Assembly: GCA_038230375.1 (NCBI GenBank)
Contig: JBBRNJ010000113.1
Coordinates: 1-23,308, forward strand
Length of the DNA: 23,308 nucleotides
DNA from: Polyangiales bacterium
GTDB taxonomy: Bacteria > Myxococcota_A > Polyangia > Polyangiales > Polyangiaceae
Direction: 5' to 3'
The notes beneath the pieces were generated by a model, which was not told where the DNA came from, did no database searches, and saw only the letters and a list, made by a program, of their open reading frames with translations. The translations under genes and the position numbers were made by a program. Below are positions 7,256 through 15,478 of this stretch, in pieces; positions within the stretch are counted from its first letter, which is position 1; every line of letters starts with the position of its first letter.

Positions 7256-7897
7256 ATGGCCGCAGACGTCACAGTCATTGGTCGTTCGAGCTTCGTGCGC
7301 GGACGCATCTCCGGCACGGGAAGCCTGGAGATCGCGGGTCGCGTCGAGGGTGAGGTCTCCGTCACGGGCGACCTGTCCGTCGAGGCCACGGGCCTCGTCG
7401 CGGCGAACCTCAGCGCGCTGCGCATCACCGTGCGTGGCGGCGCCATCAAGGGCGATCTGACCGCGGAGGAAGGCATCGTCCTCGAAGCGGGCGCGCGTGT
7501 CGTGGGCGATCTGATCGCGCCGCGCGTCGCGATCGCCGAGGGCGCGCTCGTGCGCGGTCACGTCCAGACGGGCGGCGCAGGCGCGCACAAGTCTGGCGCC
7601 GCGACCAAGAAGCAGCCCGCGCCGTTCCAGCGCGCGGCACCGCAGCCGAGCATCTCGGGTAAGAACGGCCCCGTGACCACCCGTCAGCCAACGGCGACCA
7701 GCATTGCCAAAGCGCCGCCGCCCGCACCCCCGCCGCCTGCGAAGAAGAGCGCGCCCGCAAACAACGCCGCGCCCGCGCACAGCATGCCCCGTGGCTCCGT
7801 CCTCGCCGGGACGCGACCCCAGCCGAACAAGGCGCCAGCCCCCGTGGTGCCCGTCCTGAAGAAGGGCGCGAAGGCCACTCAGAAGAAACGTGCATAG
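7256..7897 (+). CDS. bacP: Bactofilin with Pro/Ala/Lys-rich C-terminal extension, BacP-like
   Basis: Bactofilin domain followed by about 105 aa of disordered tail ending PVLKKGAKATQKKRA, the BacP architecture. Confidence 0.85.
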   Translation: MAADVTVIGRSSFVRGRISGTGSLEIAGRVEGEVSVTGDLSVEATGLVAANLSALRITVRGGAIKGDLTAEEGIVLEAGARVVGDLIAPRVAIAEGALVRGHVQTGGAGAHKSGAATKKQPAPFQRAAPQPSISGKNGPVTTRQPTATSIAKAPPPAPPPPAKKSAPANNAAPAHSMPRGSVLAGTRPQPNKAPAPVVPVLKKGAKATQKKRA

Positions 7898-8481
7898 TGC
7901 ACGTTTCTTCGGATGACTCTCCTCCGTCTGCGACGGGCGCGCGAACTCGGCTGCTCGAGCTCCTGACGGCGCGCTCCTATGCAAAGAAGCGCGTGGTGCT
8001 CGCATCGGGCAAGGAGAGCGACTTCTTCATCGACTGCAAGCAGACGGTGCTCTCCGCGGAGGGACACGCGCTCGTTGCAGACGTGATGTTCACCATGCTG
8101 CTGGCACACTATCCGGCGTTCGATGCAGTCGCCGGTGTGGAGCTCGGCGGGTGTCCGCTTGCAAGCGCGGTGGCACACCGGAGCTTCCTGCTTGGCACAA
8201 ACAAGGACGCGATCTACGTCCGCAAGGACGCCAAGGACCACGGGGCAAAGCGCCTCCTCGAGGGCGACGCCCACCTACCGCCCGGCGCGCGAGTGGTCCT
8301 GCTCGAGGACGTGGTGACCACGGGCGGGTCCACGCTGAAGGCGCTCGACAAGCTGGAGGCCGCCGGACGCGCTGTCGTCGGTGTGCTCGCACTGGTGGAC
8401 AGGCTCGAAGGCGGGCGCGAGGCGATCGCCGCACGCACGTGCTTCCAGAGCGTATTCACGCGCAACGATTTCCCCGCCTGA
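7897..8481 (+). CDS. pyrE: Orotate phosphoribosyltransferase
   Basis: LASGKESDFFIDCK, VRKDAKDHG and the PRPP-binding motif VVLLEDVVTTGGS. The GTG start overlaps the bacP TAG by 1 nt. Confidence 0.95.
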   Translation: MHVSSDDSPPSATGARTRLLELLTARSYAKKRVVLASGKESDFFIDCKQTVLSAEGHALVADVMFTMLLAHYPAFDAVAGVELGGCPLASAVAHRSFLLGTNKDAIYVRKDAKDHGAKRLLEGDAHLPPGARVVLLEDVVTTGGSTLKALDKLEAAGRAVVGVLALVDRLEGGREAIAARTCFQSVFTRNDFPA

Positions 8482-8530
8482 GGCTTTGGCAGGCGCGGGC
8501 GCGGTCAGGAACGTCGAGTTCGGAGGCGTT

Positions 8531-10390
8531 TCAGAGCGCCTGCAGGAACACGTCGCCGTTCACTGTGTCGGACGGAGCGGGCGTGCTCGCGGGAGCCTTC
8601 GTTGCGGCAGCCGGAGCGTCGTCATCCAGCGGCTTGGGAGCGGGCGCGCGGCGAGCGGGGGGCCGTGCCGGTGGGGCGCGACGTGGCGGCGCAGCTTGTG
8701 AGGTCTTCTGTGCCGCGATCGGCAACGTGCGAACGTCCACGGTGGGCATGGGCTTCGCGGCGGCAGCCTGCGGTGCGGACTGCTGCACACCGCCCTGCGG
8801 AGGTGTCGTCGTCTGGGACGGGGCACCCATCTGCGGCGGTGCGCCCATCTGCGGCGCCATCTGGCGCGGGTCCATCTGACCGGGCTGCGCGACTTGCTGC
8901 TGCGGCTGACTCATCTGCGGTCCCGCAGGCGCCATCTGCTGCTGCGGGTATTGCGCGGTTGTCTGCACCCTCGGCCCCTCGACCGCGGCGCTGTCACGTG
9001 CGGCGGGCATGAAGAACGCCGCCACCATCGCCGCCACGCCGACCATGAGACCGAGACAGAACCACGGCGCGCGATGCACGGACTCGCCGACCTTCGTCAT
9101 GGTCGCCCGCTGATTCAGACCGGGCGTGACGACCGGACCGGTTGCGCCCGACATCCCAGAAACGCCGTTGAGCGCCATGTAAGGCTGCGCGACCTGCTGC
9201 TGGGGATAACTCATCTGGCCGGACTGCATCTGGCCGGACTGCATCTGGCCGGACTGCATCTGGCCGGACTGCATCTGGCCGGACTGCATCTGGCCGGACT
9301 GCATCTGTGCAGACTGCATCTGTTGCATCGCCTGCATGCGGAGCGCCTGGAGCTGCGCCGACTGGAGCGGGATGGGCTGCGACCCCGACTGCATTGTCAT
9401 CGGGTAGACCGGCTGCGCGGCCGGGACCGGACCGGACATCGGACCCGAGAGCATCTGACCGGAGATCATCGGACCGGACGCAGAATGCCCGGGAACGGGC
9501 GCAAACCCGGAAGGGCCGAGGCCGAGCGCCGTGCTGATGCGCGGTGCAGCAGCGAGACCGGACTGCGCCGGGATCGGCTGGTTCCCATACACGCGGGGCG
9601 CGCCGGTCCGCGTGTCGCCGTAGGGCTGCTCGAGGTCGTCGTCGCTGTTGTCGTGGTTCTCGTCGCCATCCGACAGGTGCGATTCGACGATGGGATCGGA
9701 GTCGCGATGGTCCGCGAAGAGGCCGTCCTCGTCGTCGACTTCTTCGATGGAGACGTTGACCGAGACTTCGGTGCGGCGCGGGGGCAGGCGCTCGATGCGC
9801 TCCATCCGCTCGATCCGCTGCTCGACCATCCGCTCCGTCCTCGGCGCGGGCTTCGTCGTGGCCACGGCGGCTTCCATGGACGCCGTGGGAATGTCATCCA
9901 TCGCGAGGTCGTCGTTCACCTCAGGATGCTCGGCGAGCCACTTCTCATACGTCTCCGCGGGGCGGCGCGACGTCGCGGTCTGCTCGTAGATGGAGTCGCG
10001 CTGGTTGTCGCGAGCGCTCTCGAGGCGTGTCGTGAGCGGCTCTTCCACGATGTCGTGGCCCGGAAACGAGCGCAGCCCGGCGAGGTGGGTGGGGACAGGC
10101 GGGGGCCTCGGCACGGGCGTGCTCTTGCGAACCGGATTCGAGGCCTCGCGGCGCTGCGTCGGCGGATCGATCGGGCTCTCGAGCGTGCCGATCGGAGCGG
10201 GATCCGAGGGGCGCCGCGGGGGCGCGGACAGCGGGGGCAGCGTGGAGGGCCGGCGCGACTTGAGCGACGGACGAACATCGGATTCGAGGTCCGGTGCGGA
10301 GGGCCGAGGCGGAATGGACGAGGGACGGATGGCACGAAGGTGCCCCGCCCCGCTCGTTGTCCTCTTCCGGATCTTCGGAATCGCGCCCAT
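8531..10390 (-). CDS. Large intrinsically disordered single-pass membrane protein (hypothetical)
   Basis: 619-aa ORF with sequential R/P/S-rich, D/E-rich and Q/M/S/G-rich blocks, one TM (WFCLGLMVGVAAMVAAFFM) and a Q/P/A-rich C-terminus ending VNGDVFLQAL. Confidence 0.75.
   Translation of the reverse strand: MGAIPKIRKRTTSGAGHLRAIRPSSIPPRPSAPDLESDVRPSLKSRRPSTLPPLSAPPRRPSDPAPIGTLESPIDPPTQRREASNPVRKSTPVPRPPPVPTHLAGLRSFPGHDIVEEPLTTRLESARDNQRDSIYEQTATSRRPAETYEKWLAEHPEVNDDLAMDDIPTASMEAAVATTKPAPRTERMVEQRIERMERIERLPPRRTEVSVNVSIEEVDDEDGLFADHRDSDPIVESHLSDGDENHDNSDDDLEQPYGDTRTGAPRVYGNQPIPAQSGLAAAPRISTALGLGPSGFAPVPGHSASGPMISGQMLSGPMSGPVPAAQPVYPMTMQSGSQPIPLQSAQLQALRMQAMQQMQSAQMQSGQMQSGQMQSGQMQSGQMQSGQMQSGQMSYPQQQVAQPYMALNGVSGMSGATGPVVTPGLNQRATMTKVGESVHRAPWFCLGLMVGVAAMVAAFFMPAARDSAAVEGPRVQTTAQYPQQQMAPAGPQMSQPQQQVAQPGQMDPRQMAPQMGAPPQMGAPSQTTTPPQGGVQQSAPQAAAAKPMPTVDVRTLPIAAQKTSQAAPPRRAPPARPPARRAPAPKPLDDDAPAAATKAPASTPAPSDTVNGDVFLQAL
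9212..9316 (-). repeat. 15-bp coding tandem repeat (CATCTGGCCGGACTG on +) encoding QSGQM
   Basis: Six perfect copies at 9212-9301 plus a degenerate copy at 9302-9316. Confidence 0.95.
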
Positions 10391-10659
10391 CTGGTCAGTC
10401 AGATTGAAGCAGGAAGCGTGCTAGCGCGGGAGCCTTTCGTGCTGTTGTTTTCCAGCCAAAACACAAGGTGTAGGAGCCAGCCCCCCTGGGGGATGTCCGA
10501 TCCATGCGGGCCGCATGCTGTCCATGCTTTTGTGACTTCCCGGAGACAAATGCGTACTCGGCTTCGCGGTTCCGGTCTCCCCTCCGTGACAAGTTGTGCC
10601 GCACGAAGCGTTGCAACTCTTTCGCTCGCGATGCGTCGGTCGGCTAGAGTGCGCGACCC

Positions 10660-11505
10660 ATGGAAGCCGGTAAGCGCATCGTGATCTTGTCTGACTCCAC
10701 GGGAGAGACCGCGGAGAAAGTCGTCCGCGCGGCGATGCTCCAGTTCCCACACTCGGGGGCGCAGATCCGGCTCCACACACGCGTGCGCACGAAGGAGGCG
10801 GCTCGTCCGATCCTCGAGCAGGCCGCGCGTGATGGTGCGCTCGTCGTCTTCACCGTGGTGAGCCCGGAGCTGCGCGAGTTCATTCACGCGTCGAGCTACG
10901 AGCTCAAGGTCGAGGCGCTCGATCTCATCGGCTCGCTCATCGGCAAGCTGCAGGTCTTCCTCGATCGCCAGCCGATCAACATGCCGAGCGGGATGCTGCC
11001 GCTCTCCGAGGAATACTTCCGCCGCATCGAGGCCGTGGAGTTCACCGTCAAGAGCGACGACGGCAAGGAGCCGCGCAACTTCAAGAAGGCGGACCTCGTG
11101 CTAGTGGGCGTGAGCCGCACGTCGAAGACGCCCCTCTCCACGCTGCTCGCACAGCGCGGCCTCAAGGTCGCGAACCTGCCGCTCGTGATGGGCGTGGAGA
11201 CGCCGCCGGAGCTGGAAGAGGCGAGCCAGGATCGCTGCGTCGGTCTCACCATCGGGCTCGATCCGCTGGTGGAGATCCGCAAGGCGCGCCTTCGTCAGCT
11301 CGGCATGAGCGTGGACGCGGCGTACGGGCTCAAGGAGCAGGTGAAGCAGGAGCTCGAGTACGCGCAGCAGGTGTTTGCGAAGCACCCACAATGGCCCGTG
11401 ATCGACGTCACCGGCCGCGCGATCGAAGAGACCGCCGTCATCATCCTGGAGTCACTCAAAGAGCGCGACGAAGCCGCCAAAAACGCACGCGCCTCGCTGG
11501 TCTAA
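10660..11505 (+). CDS. ppsR: PEP synthase/pyruvate phosphate dikinase regulatory protein (kinase/pyrophosphorylase, DUF299)
   Basis: SDSTGETAE, YFRRIEAVEFTVKSDDG, P-loop GVSRTSKTP, KVANLPL and IDVTGRAIEETA. Confidence 0.93.
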   Translation: MEAGKRIVILSDSTGETAEKVVRAAMLQFPHSGAQIRLHTRVRTKEAARPILEQAARDGALVVFTVVSPELREFIHASSYELKVEALDLIGSLIGKLQVFLDRQPINMPSGMLPLSEEYFRRIEAVEFTVKSDDGKEPRNFKKADLVLVGVSRTSKTPLSTLLAQRGLKVANLPLVMGVETPPELEEASQDRCVGLTIGLDPLVEIRKARLRQLGMSVDAAYGLKEQVKQELEYAQQVFAKHPQWPVIDVTGRAIEETAVIILESLKERDEAAKNARASLV

Positions 11506-12059
11506 CAGCCGCAAAGCATCAAGCAGCTGGCGTTGCCCGCGCAGTCGGCCGCGCAGTTCTTGTCGCAGCTGCTCGGCGTGCCGCCACCACCACCACCGCC
11601 GCCGCCCGTGCTCGCTGGATTCGTGCAGCGTCCTTCGACGACGCCCTGACAGACCGTCCCTTGCGATTGGGCCGCGATGAGATCCGTGGCCTGGCCGCAT
11701 GTGGTGGGCGTACCAATGGGGCAGAGCAGGCCGTTGCAGTCGCACTGGAGGTCCGCGATGTTGCCGACGATGCGCCAGCCGCAGCCGGGATACACGCTCT
11801 GATCGATGATGACGTTCGGGCACTGCGTCGTGGTCTGGCAGAGCGAGATACCGAGAGACGTGTCCATCGCGCAGTTGACGCCGGTGACTCCGGGCGCGGA
11901 GACCACTCCGCCTTCCGTCACAGTGGCTGCGGCAGCCGCGTCCGACGCGGCGCCTGCGTCCTTGCTGGCGCCCGTGCTGATGTCCACGCACGCGACGAGA
12001 CAAGGGGCCGCGGCCGAAAGGCCGAGGAATGCAGCTACGAGGACGGCTCTATGATGCAT
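11502..12059 (-). CDS. Cys-rich lipoprotein (hypothetical)
   Basis: Start ATG 12059 (MHHRAVLVAAFLGL...LVAC lipobox). There are 16 further Cys, a poly-Gly linker and a terminal CDKNCAADCAGNASCLMLCGC. Its stop overlaps the ppsR stop. Confidence 0.8.
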   Translation of the reverse strand: MHHRAVLVAAFLGLSAAAPCLVACVDISTGASKDAGAASDAAAAATVTEGGVVSAPGVTGVNCAMDTSLGISLCQTTTQCPNVIIDQSVYPGCGWRIVGNIADLQCDCNGLLCPIGTPTTCGQATDLIAAQSQGTVCQGVVEGRCTNPASTGGGGGGGGGTPSSCDKNCAADCAGNASCLMLCGC

Positions 12060-12130
12060 GATCGCTACACCTTGCAGACACGGAATGAGCGGGCCAACTT
12101 CCCTGCAAGGATGGTCCCGGGGTAGGCTGC

Positions 12131-13258
12131 ATGCCCATGACGATGGACGCGTATGCTCCGCTTGGCGATCCCAGGACCGCCACACTCTCCGTGCTCGTTT
12201 CTACACTCGCGGAGGATGCGATCTTCACGCTCGCCGCGGGCGGAGGCACCGAGTCGCTCGACCAGCTCGGCAAGCGTCGCGGTGAGGCGTACGCGGGGCT
12301 GCTCGGCGGACGGACGCTGATCCGCATGCTGACGGACTTTGACCACTGGGTGGTCGAGATGACGCGCATGATGGCGCCCGTCTACGCGCCCACGTTCATG
12401 CCCATGGGCGACGTCATCCGCGAGCGCATCACGCTCGAGGCAGGCGCGCGCGGGCTTCGTTCTCTCTTCTCCTCCAAGCCGAGCGACAAGGACGTGCAGC
12501 GCGTGAAGCGCTTCGGAACACTCGCCGTGCGCGTGCTGCGCGCGGTCTTCGCGGCGGATGGGCCGCTGGACGTGGAAGAGGGGCGCGCGCTCGCCGCGCT
12601 CATCGGCTGTCTGGGTCTGTCGCAAGAGGACTCGGCACCGCTGTACACGGAGAACGCGATCCCCGTGGAGCAGCTGGACATGTACGGCGAGATCGACGCC
12701 GCGGTCGTGCGTGCGCTCATCCGCGGTGCATGGCACGCGTCCGCGTGGGACAAGATCGACCCGCGTGAAGAGCACGTGGTGCGGACCATCTCGCAGAAGC
12801 TCGCAGTGCCGCCGGTGGAGGTGGAGCAGATGCGCACCGACGCCATGGCGCGCGTGGATGCACGGCGAAACGTGGGCGCCGCCGCGGTGGATGCGATCCG
12901 CTACGTGCTGTCGGATCGCGCGCCCGGCATCGGCGTGACGCTGGCTTCGCATGCGGGTTCGTTGCTCTTGCCGCGTCGTCACCGGGACGAGGTGCTCGCG
13001 CACGTGGGCCATGGCTCACCGGTCGTGCTGGGGCGCAGGTACACGGCGCTCGCCTCCGACGACAAGGCCACGGTGCTCGCTCTGGCGTGGGCTGCGGGGC
13101 TCTTCGAGGATCCGACCATGGGCCGCAGGGCGCTCCTTCGCGCGCGACATGATCGCGTCGCGTCGGACATCGGCTTCGATGGAGCAGCCGCACGCAAGGC
13201 GATCGACGATTGGTTTGCCGACGTGCTCGCCCCCGCGGCGTTCCCGATGGGAGGGTGA
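12131..13258 (+). CDS. Hypothetical protein with TerB-like helical domain(s)
   Basis: AVFAADGPLDVEEGRALAALIGCLGL matches the TerB ADG.hh..E motif. A second degenerate copy reads ASAWDKIDPREEHVVRTISQKLAV. It ends 2 bp before proC. Confidence 0.6.
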   Translation: MPMTMDAYAPLGDPRTATLSVLVSTLAEDAIFTLAAGGGTESLDQLGKRRGEAYAGLLGGRTLIRMLTDFDHWVVEMTRMMAPVYAPTFMPMGDVIRERITLEAGARGLRSLFSSKPSDKDVQRVKRFGTLAVRVLRAVFAADGPLDVEEGRALAALIGCLGLSQEDSAPLYTENAIPVEQLDMYGEIDAAVVRALIRGAWHASAWDKIDPREEHVVRTISQKLAVPPVEVEQMRTDAMARVDARRNVGAAAVDAIRYVLSDRAPGIGVTLASHAGSLLLPRRHRDEVLAHVGHGSPVVLGRRYTALASDDKATVLALAWAAGLFEDPTMGRRALLRARHDRVASDIGFDGAAARKAIDDWFADVLAPAAFPMGG

Positions 13259-13260
13259 GC

Positions 13261-14088
13261 ATGGACACGATCGGTTTTCTGGGCGGCGGCAACATGGCAG
13301 GCGCGCTCATCCGCGGCCTCATCGCGTCCAACACGGCGTACAAGGATCACATCATCGCGAGCGACGCGAAAGAGGACCGCCGTAAGTGGCTCTCATCGGC
13401 CCACGGCATAGACACGACGCACGACAACCACGTGCTCGTGAAGAAGAGTCGCGTGCTGGTGCTGTCGGTGAAGCCGCAGGTCGTGGACAAGGTGCTCGCG
13501 GAGATCGGCGCGGACATCCCTGCGTCCACGCTGGTCATCTCCGTGGCGGCGGGTGTTCCCATCGTTGCGCTCGAGGGAAGGCTTCCGAAAGGTACGCGCG
13601 TCATTCGCGCCATGCCGAACACGCCCGCAACCGCGCTCGCAGGGGCCACGGCCATTGCGCGCGGCACGCACGCCACCGACGAAGACGAGGCCACTGCGAC
13701 GCGCCTGTTCGAGGCGGTGGGCAAGGTGGTCACACTGGATGAGTCGCTGCTCGACGCGGTCACGGGACTGTCGGGCAGCGGCCCTGCATACGTGTTCCTC
13801 ATCATCGAGGCGCTCGCCGACGGTGGCGTGAAGGTCGGCCTCCATCGCGACACGGCGCTCATGCTGGCGGCGCAAACGGTGTACGGCTCTGCGAAGCTCC
13901 TGCTCGAGACCGGTGAGCATCCGGGCCGTCTGAAGGACATGGTGACCAGCCCGGGTGGCACCGCGATAGCGGGACTGCACACGCTGGAGTCCGGCGCGCT
14001 GCGCAAGACGCTGATCGACGCAGTGGAGTGCGCGACGAACCGCGCTGCCACGCTCGGCGCCGAGATGGCGAAGAAGATGGGCGCCTGA
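13261..14088 (+). CDS. proC: Pyrroline-5-carboxylate reductase
   Basis: IGFLGGGNMA Rossmann motif, VKPQ, ISVAAG, RAMPNTP, TGLSGSGPAY and VTSPGGTAIAG. ATG 13261 follows GGAGGG. Confidence 0.96.
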   Translation: MDTIGFLGGGNMAGALIRGLIASNTAYKDHIIASDAKEDRRKWLSSAHGIDTTHDNHVLVKKSRVLVLSVKPQVVDKVLAEIGADIPASTLVISVAAGVPIVALEGRLPKGTRVIRAMPNTPATALAGATAIARGTHATDEDEATATRLFEAVGKVVTLDESLLDAVTGLSGSGPAYVFLIIEALADGGVKVGLHRDTALMLAAQTVYGSAKLLLETGEHPGRLKDMVTSPGGTAIAGLHTLESGALRKTLIDAVECATNRAATLGAEMAKKMGA

Positions 14089-14090
14089 GA

Positions 14091-15476
14091 TCAGCGAGGA
14101 TCGAACGGCGGCATGGTGCTGCCAGTGGTGGAGCCGGAGAGCACGCCGATGCGACCTGCGCCACCGACCCCAGCGAGGGGAACCGCCAGGCCGCCGCACG
14201 CGCCGCCGGTGCCGCCACGCGCGCTGACCTTGCCGATGGAGACATCGACCGCGTAACCAGCAAGACGAATGCTGCCGCCTGCACCGCCGCCGCCGCCACC
14301 CATGCCCGAGCCTAGGCCGCCGCATATGCCGGAAGAGACACCGGCACCACCCACGGCGCCATCCGCGGTGATGCTGCCGGTCACGACGATCTGCTTCGCC
14401 TCGATGAAGATGATCCCACCGCCGCCGCCGCCGCCCCCTGGTACCGCGCCGTCCTCGTCAGCGCCACCTTCACCGCCAGCGCCTCCGAACGAGAGAGATT
14501 GCGACAGATCGGCGACGCCACTCACGAGGCCCGCGGCACCACCGCTCTGCTTCATGGTGCGACAGGGAAGCATCCCTCCGCCGTTCGGACCGGCGGTACC
14601 GGCCGTGGCGTGACTGCCGCCACCGCCCATGCCGCAGTCGCTGCCGTCCATGCCGCCGCCGCCGCTGCTGCCGTGCGCAGTATTCAGCTGTGCCGCGGCG
14701 CCGAGCTCCGACTCGCCTGCAAAGCCGTTCGCCAGGCCCAGGTCTGGCGTCGTGGAGTTGCATTCGTACAGCGCGCCGCCCGCGACGCAACCGTGCGTGT
14801 TGCCCCGGAACCCGTGACCGCTCGCGTTCAGCGTACCAGCTATGGTGACGGTGCCCGTGGCGCGGAACGGGAGGATGCCTCCGCACTGGCCATCCCACGC
14901 TGGCACGTCCACCGTCTGGGCCATGCCGATCGTGAAGTCGGTGTACTGCCGCACGATGATCGCCTGCGCGCCTGGTTCCACGTACGTGTGAGCAAGCGGC
15001 TTCGCCAGGACAACGGCCTTCTGCGCGGAGATGCTCTCCACCGTCACGAGCTCGTAGTTGCCTGCGCCCGCGCCCTGCGTCTGATGAATGAAGAGAACGG
15101 TGCCAGGCGGCACCTTGTTGATATCGAGCTTCCCGGGTCCGCTCGAAGCCAGGGTCGTGCTGCCCGCGGTCCCGAACATGCGCTGGAAACAGGTGTAGTT
15201 GAGGTTGGCCGGCATCGCGGTGAATGCGCCATCCGCACCGGTGCCAAGGTCGAGCGCGATGCTGGCGTCGACCCCGGCCCCGTCCAGCGGGTTCGCGTTG
15301 GCGTCCGCTGCCGATCCACCGTCACTGGTCGACGCAGCTCCATCCTTGAGTGGTGACGCGTCTGCGCCCGCGCTCTGATCCACGGAGTACCCCGCGTCGC
15401 AGCCCGCGCCCAGCAGCGCGACGCCAAGCACGGCGACGAGCGCCGGCACCATCCGTCGAGAGACGACCGAGGCCAT
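14091..15476 (-). CDS. Glycine-rich lipoprotein (putative surface/adhesin-type)
   Basis: Signal peptide with LGAGC lipobox. Repeated poly-Gly plus beta units: GGILPFRATGTVTIAGTLNASG, GGIIFIEAKQIVVTGSITADG, GGSIRLAG...VSARG, GRIGVL. Confidence 0.75.
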   Translation of the reverse strand: MASVVSRRMVPALVAVLGVALLGAGCDAGYSVDQSAGADASPLKDGAASTSDGGSAADANANPLDGAGVDASIALDLGTGADGAFTAMPANLNYTCFQRMFGTAGSTTLASSGPGKLDINKVPPGTVLFIHQTQGAGAGNYELVTVESISAQKAVVLAKPLAHTYVEPGAQAIIVRQYTDFTIGMAQTVDVPAWDGQCGGILPFRATGTVTIAGTLNASGHGFRGNTHGCVAGGALYECNSTTPDLGLANGFAGESELGAAAQLNTAHGSSGGGGMDGSDCGMGGGGSHATAGTAGPNGGGMLPCRTMKQSGGAAGLVSGVADLSQSLSFGGAGGEGGADEDGAVPGGGGGGGGIIFIEAKQIVVTGSITADGAVGGAGVSSGICGGLGSGMGGGGGGAGGSIRLAGYAVDVSIGKVSARGGTGGACGGLAVPLAGVGGAGRIGVLSGSTTGSTMPPFDPR

Positions 15477-15478
15477 CC

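Noticed and set aside
10408..10424. Sigma54-like site on the minus strand (CTAGCACGCTTCCTGCT)
   Set aside because: The invariant -24 GG is AG, so it is too weak to call.
8894..10684. 596-aa plus-strand ORF with LHLAG repeats
   Set aside because: Antisense to the disordered protein, whose frame has a coherent TM segment and compositional blocks. It is kept only as an unlikely alternative.
14973..14988. parS-like half site (GTTCCACGT)
   Set aside because: The second half does not match the palindromic parS consensus, and it lies within a CDS.
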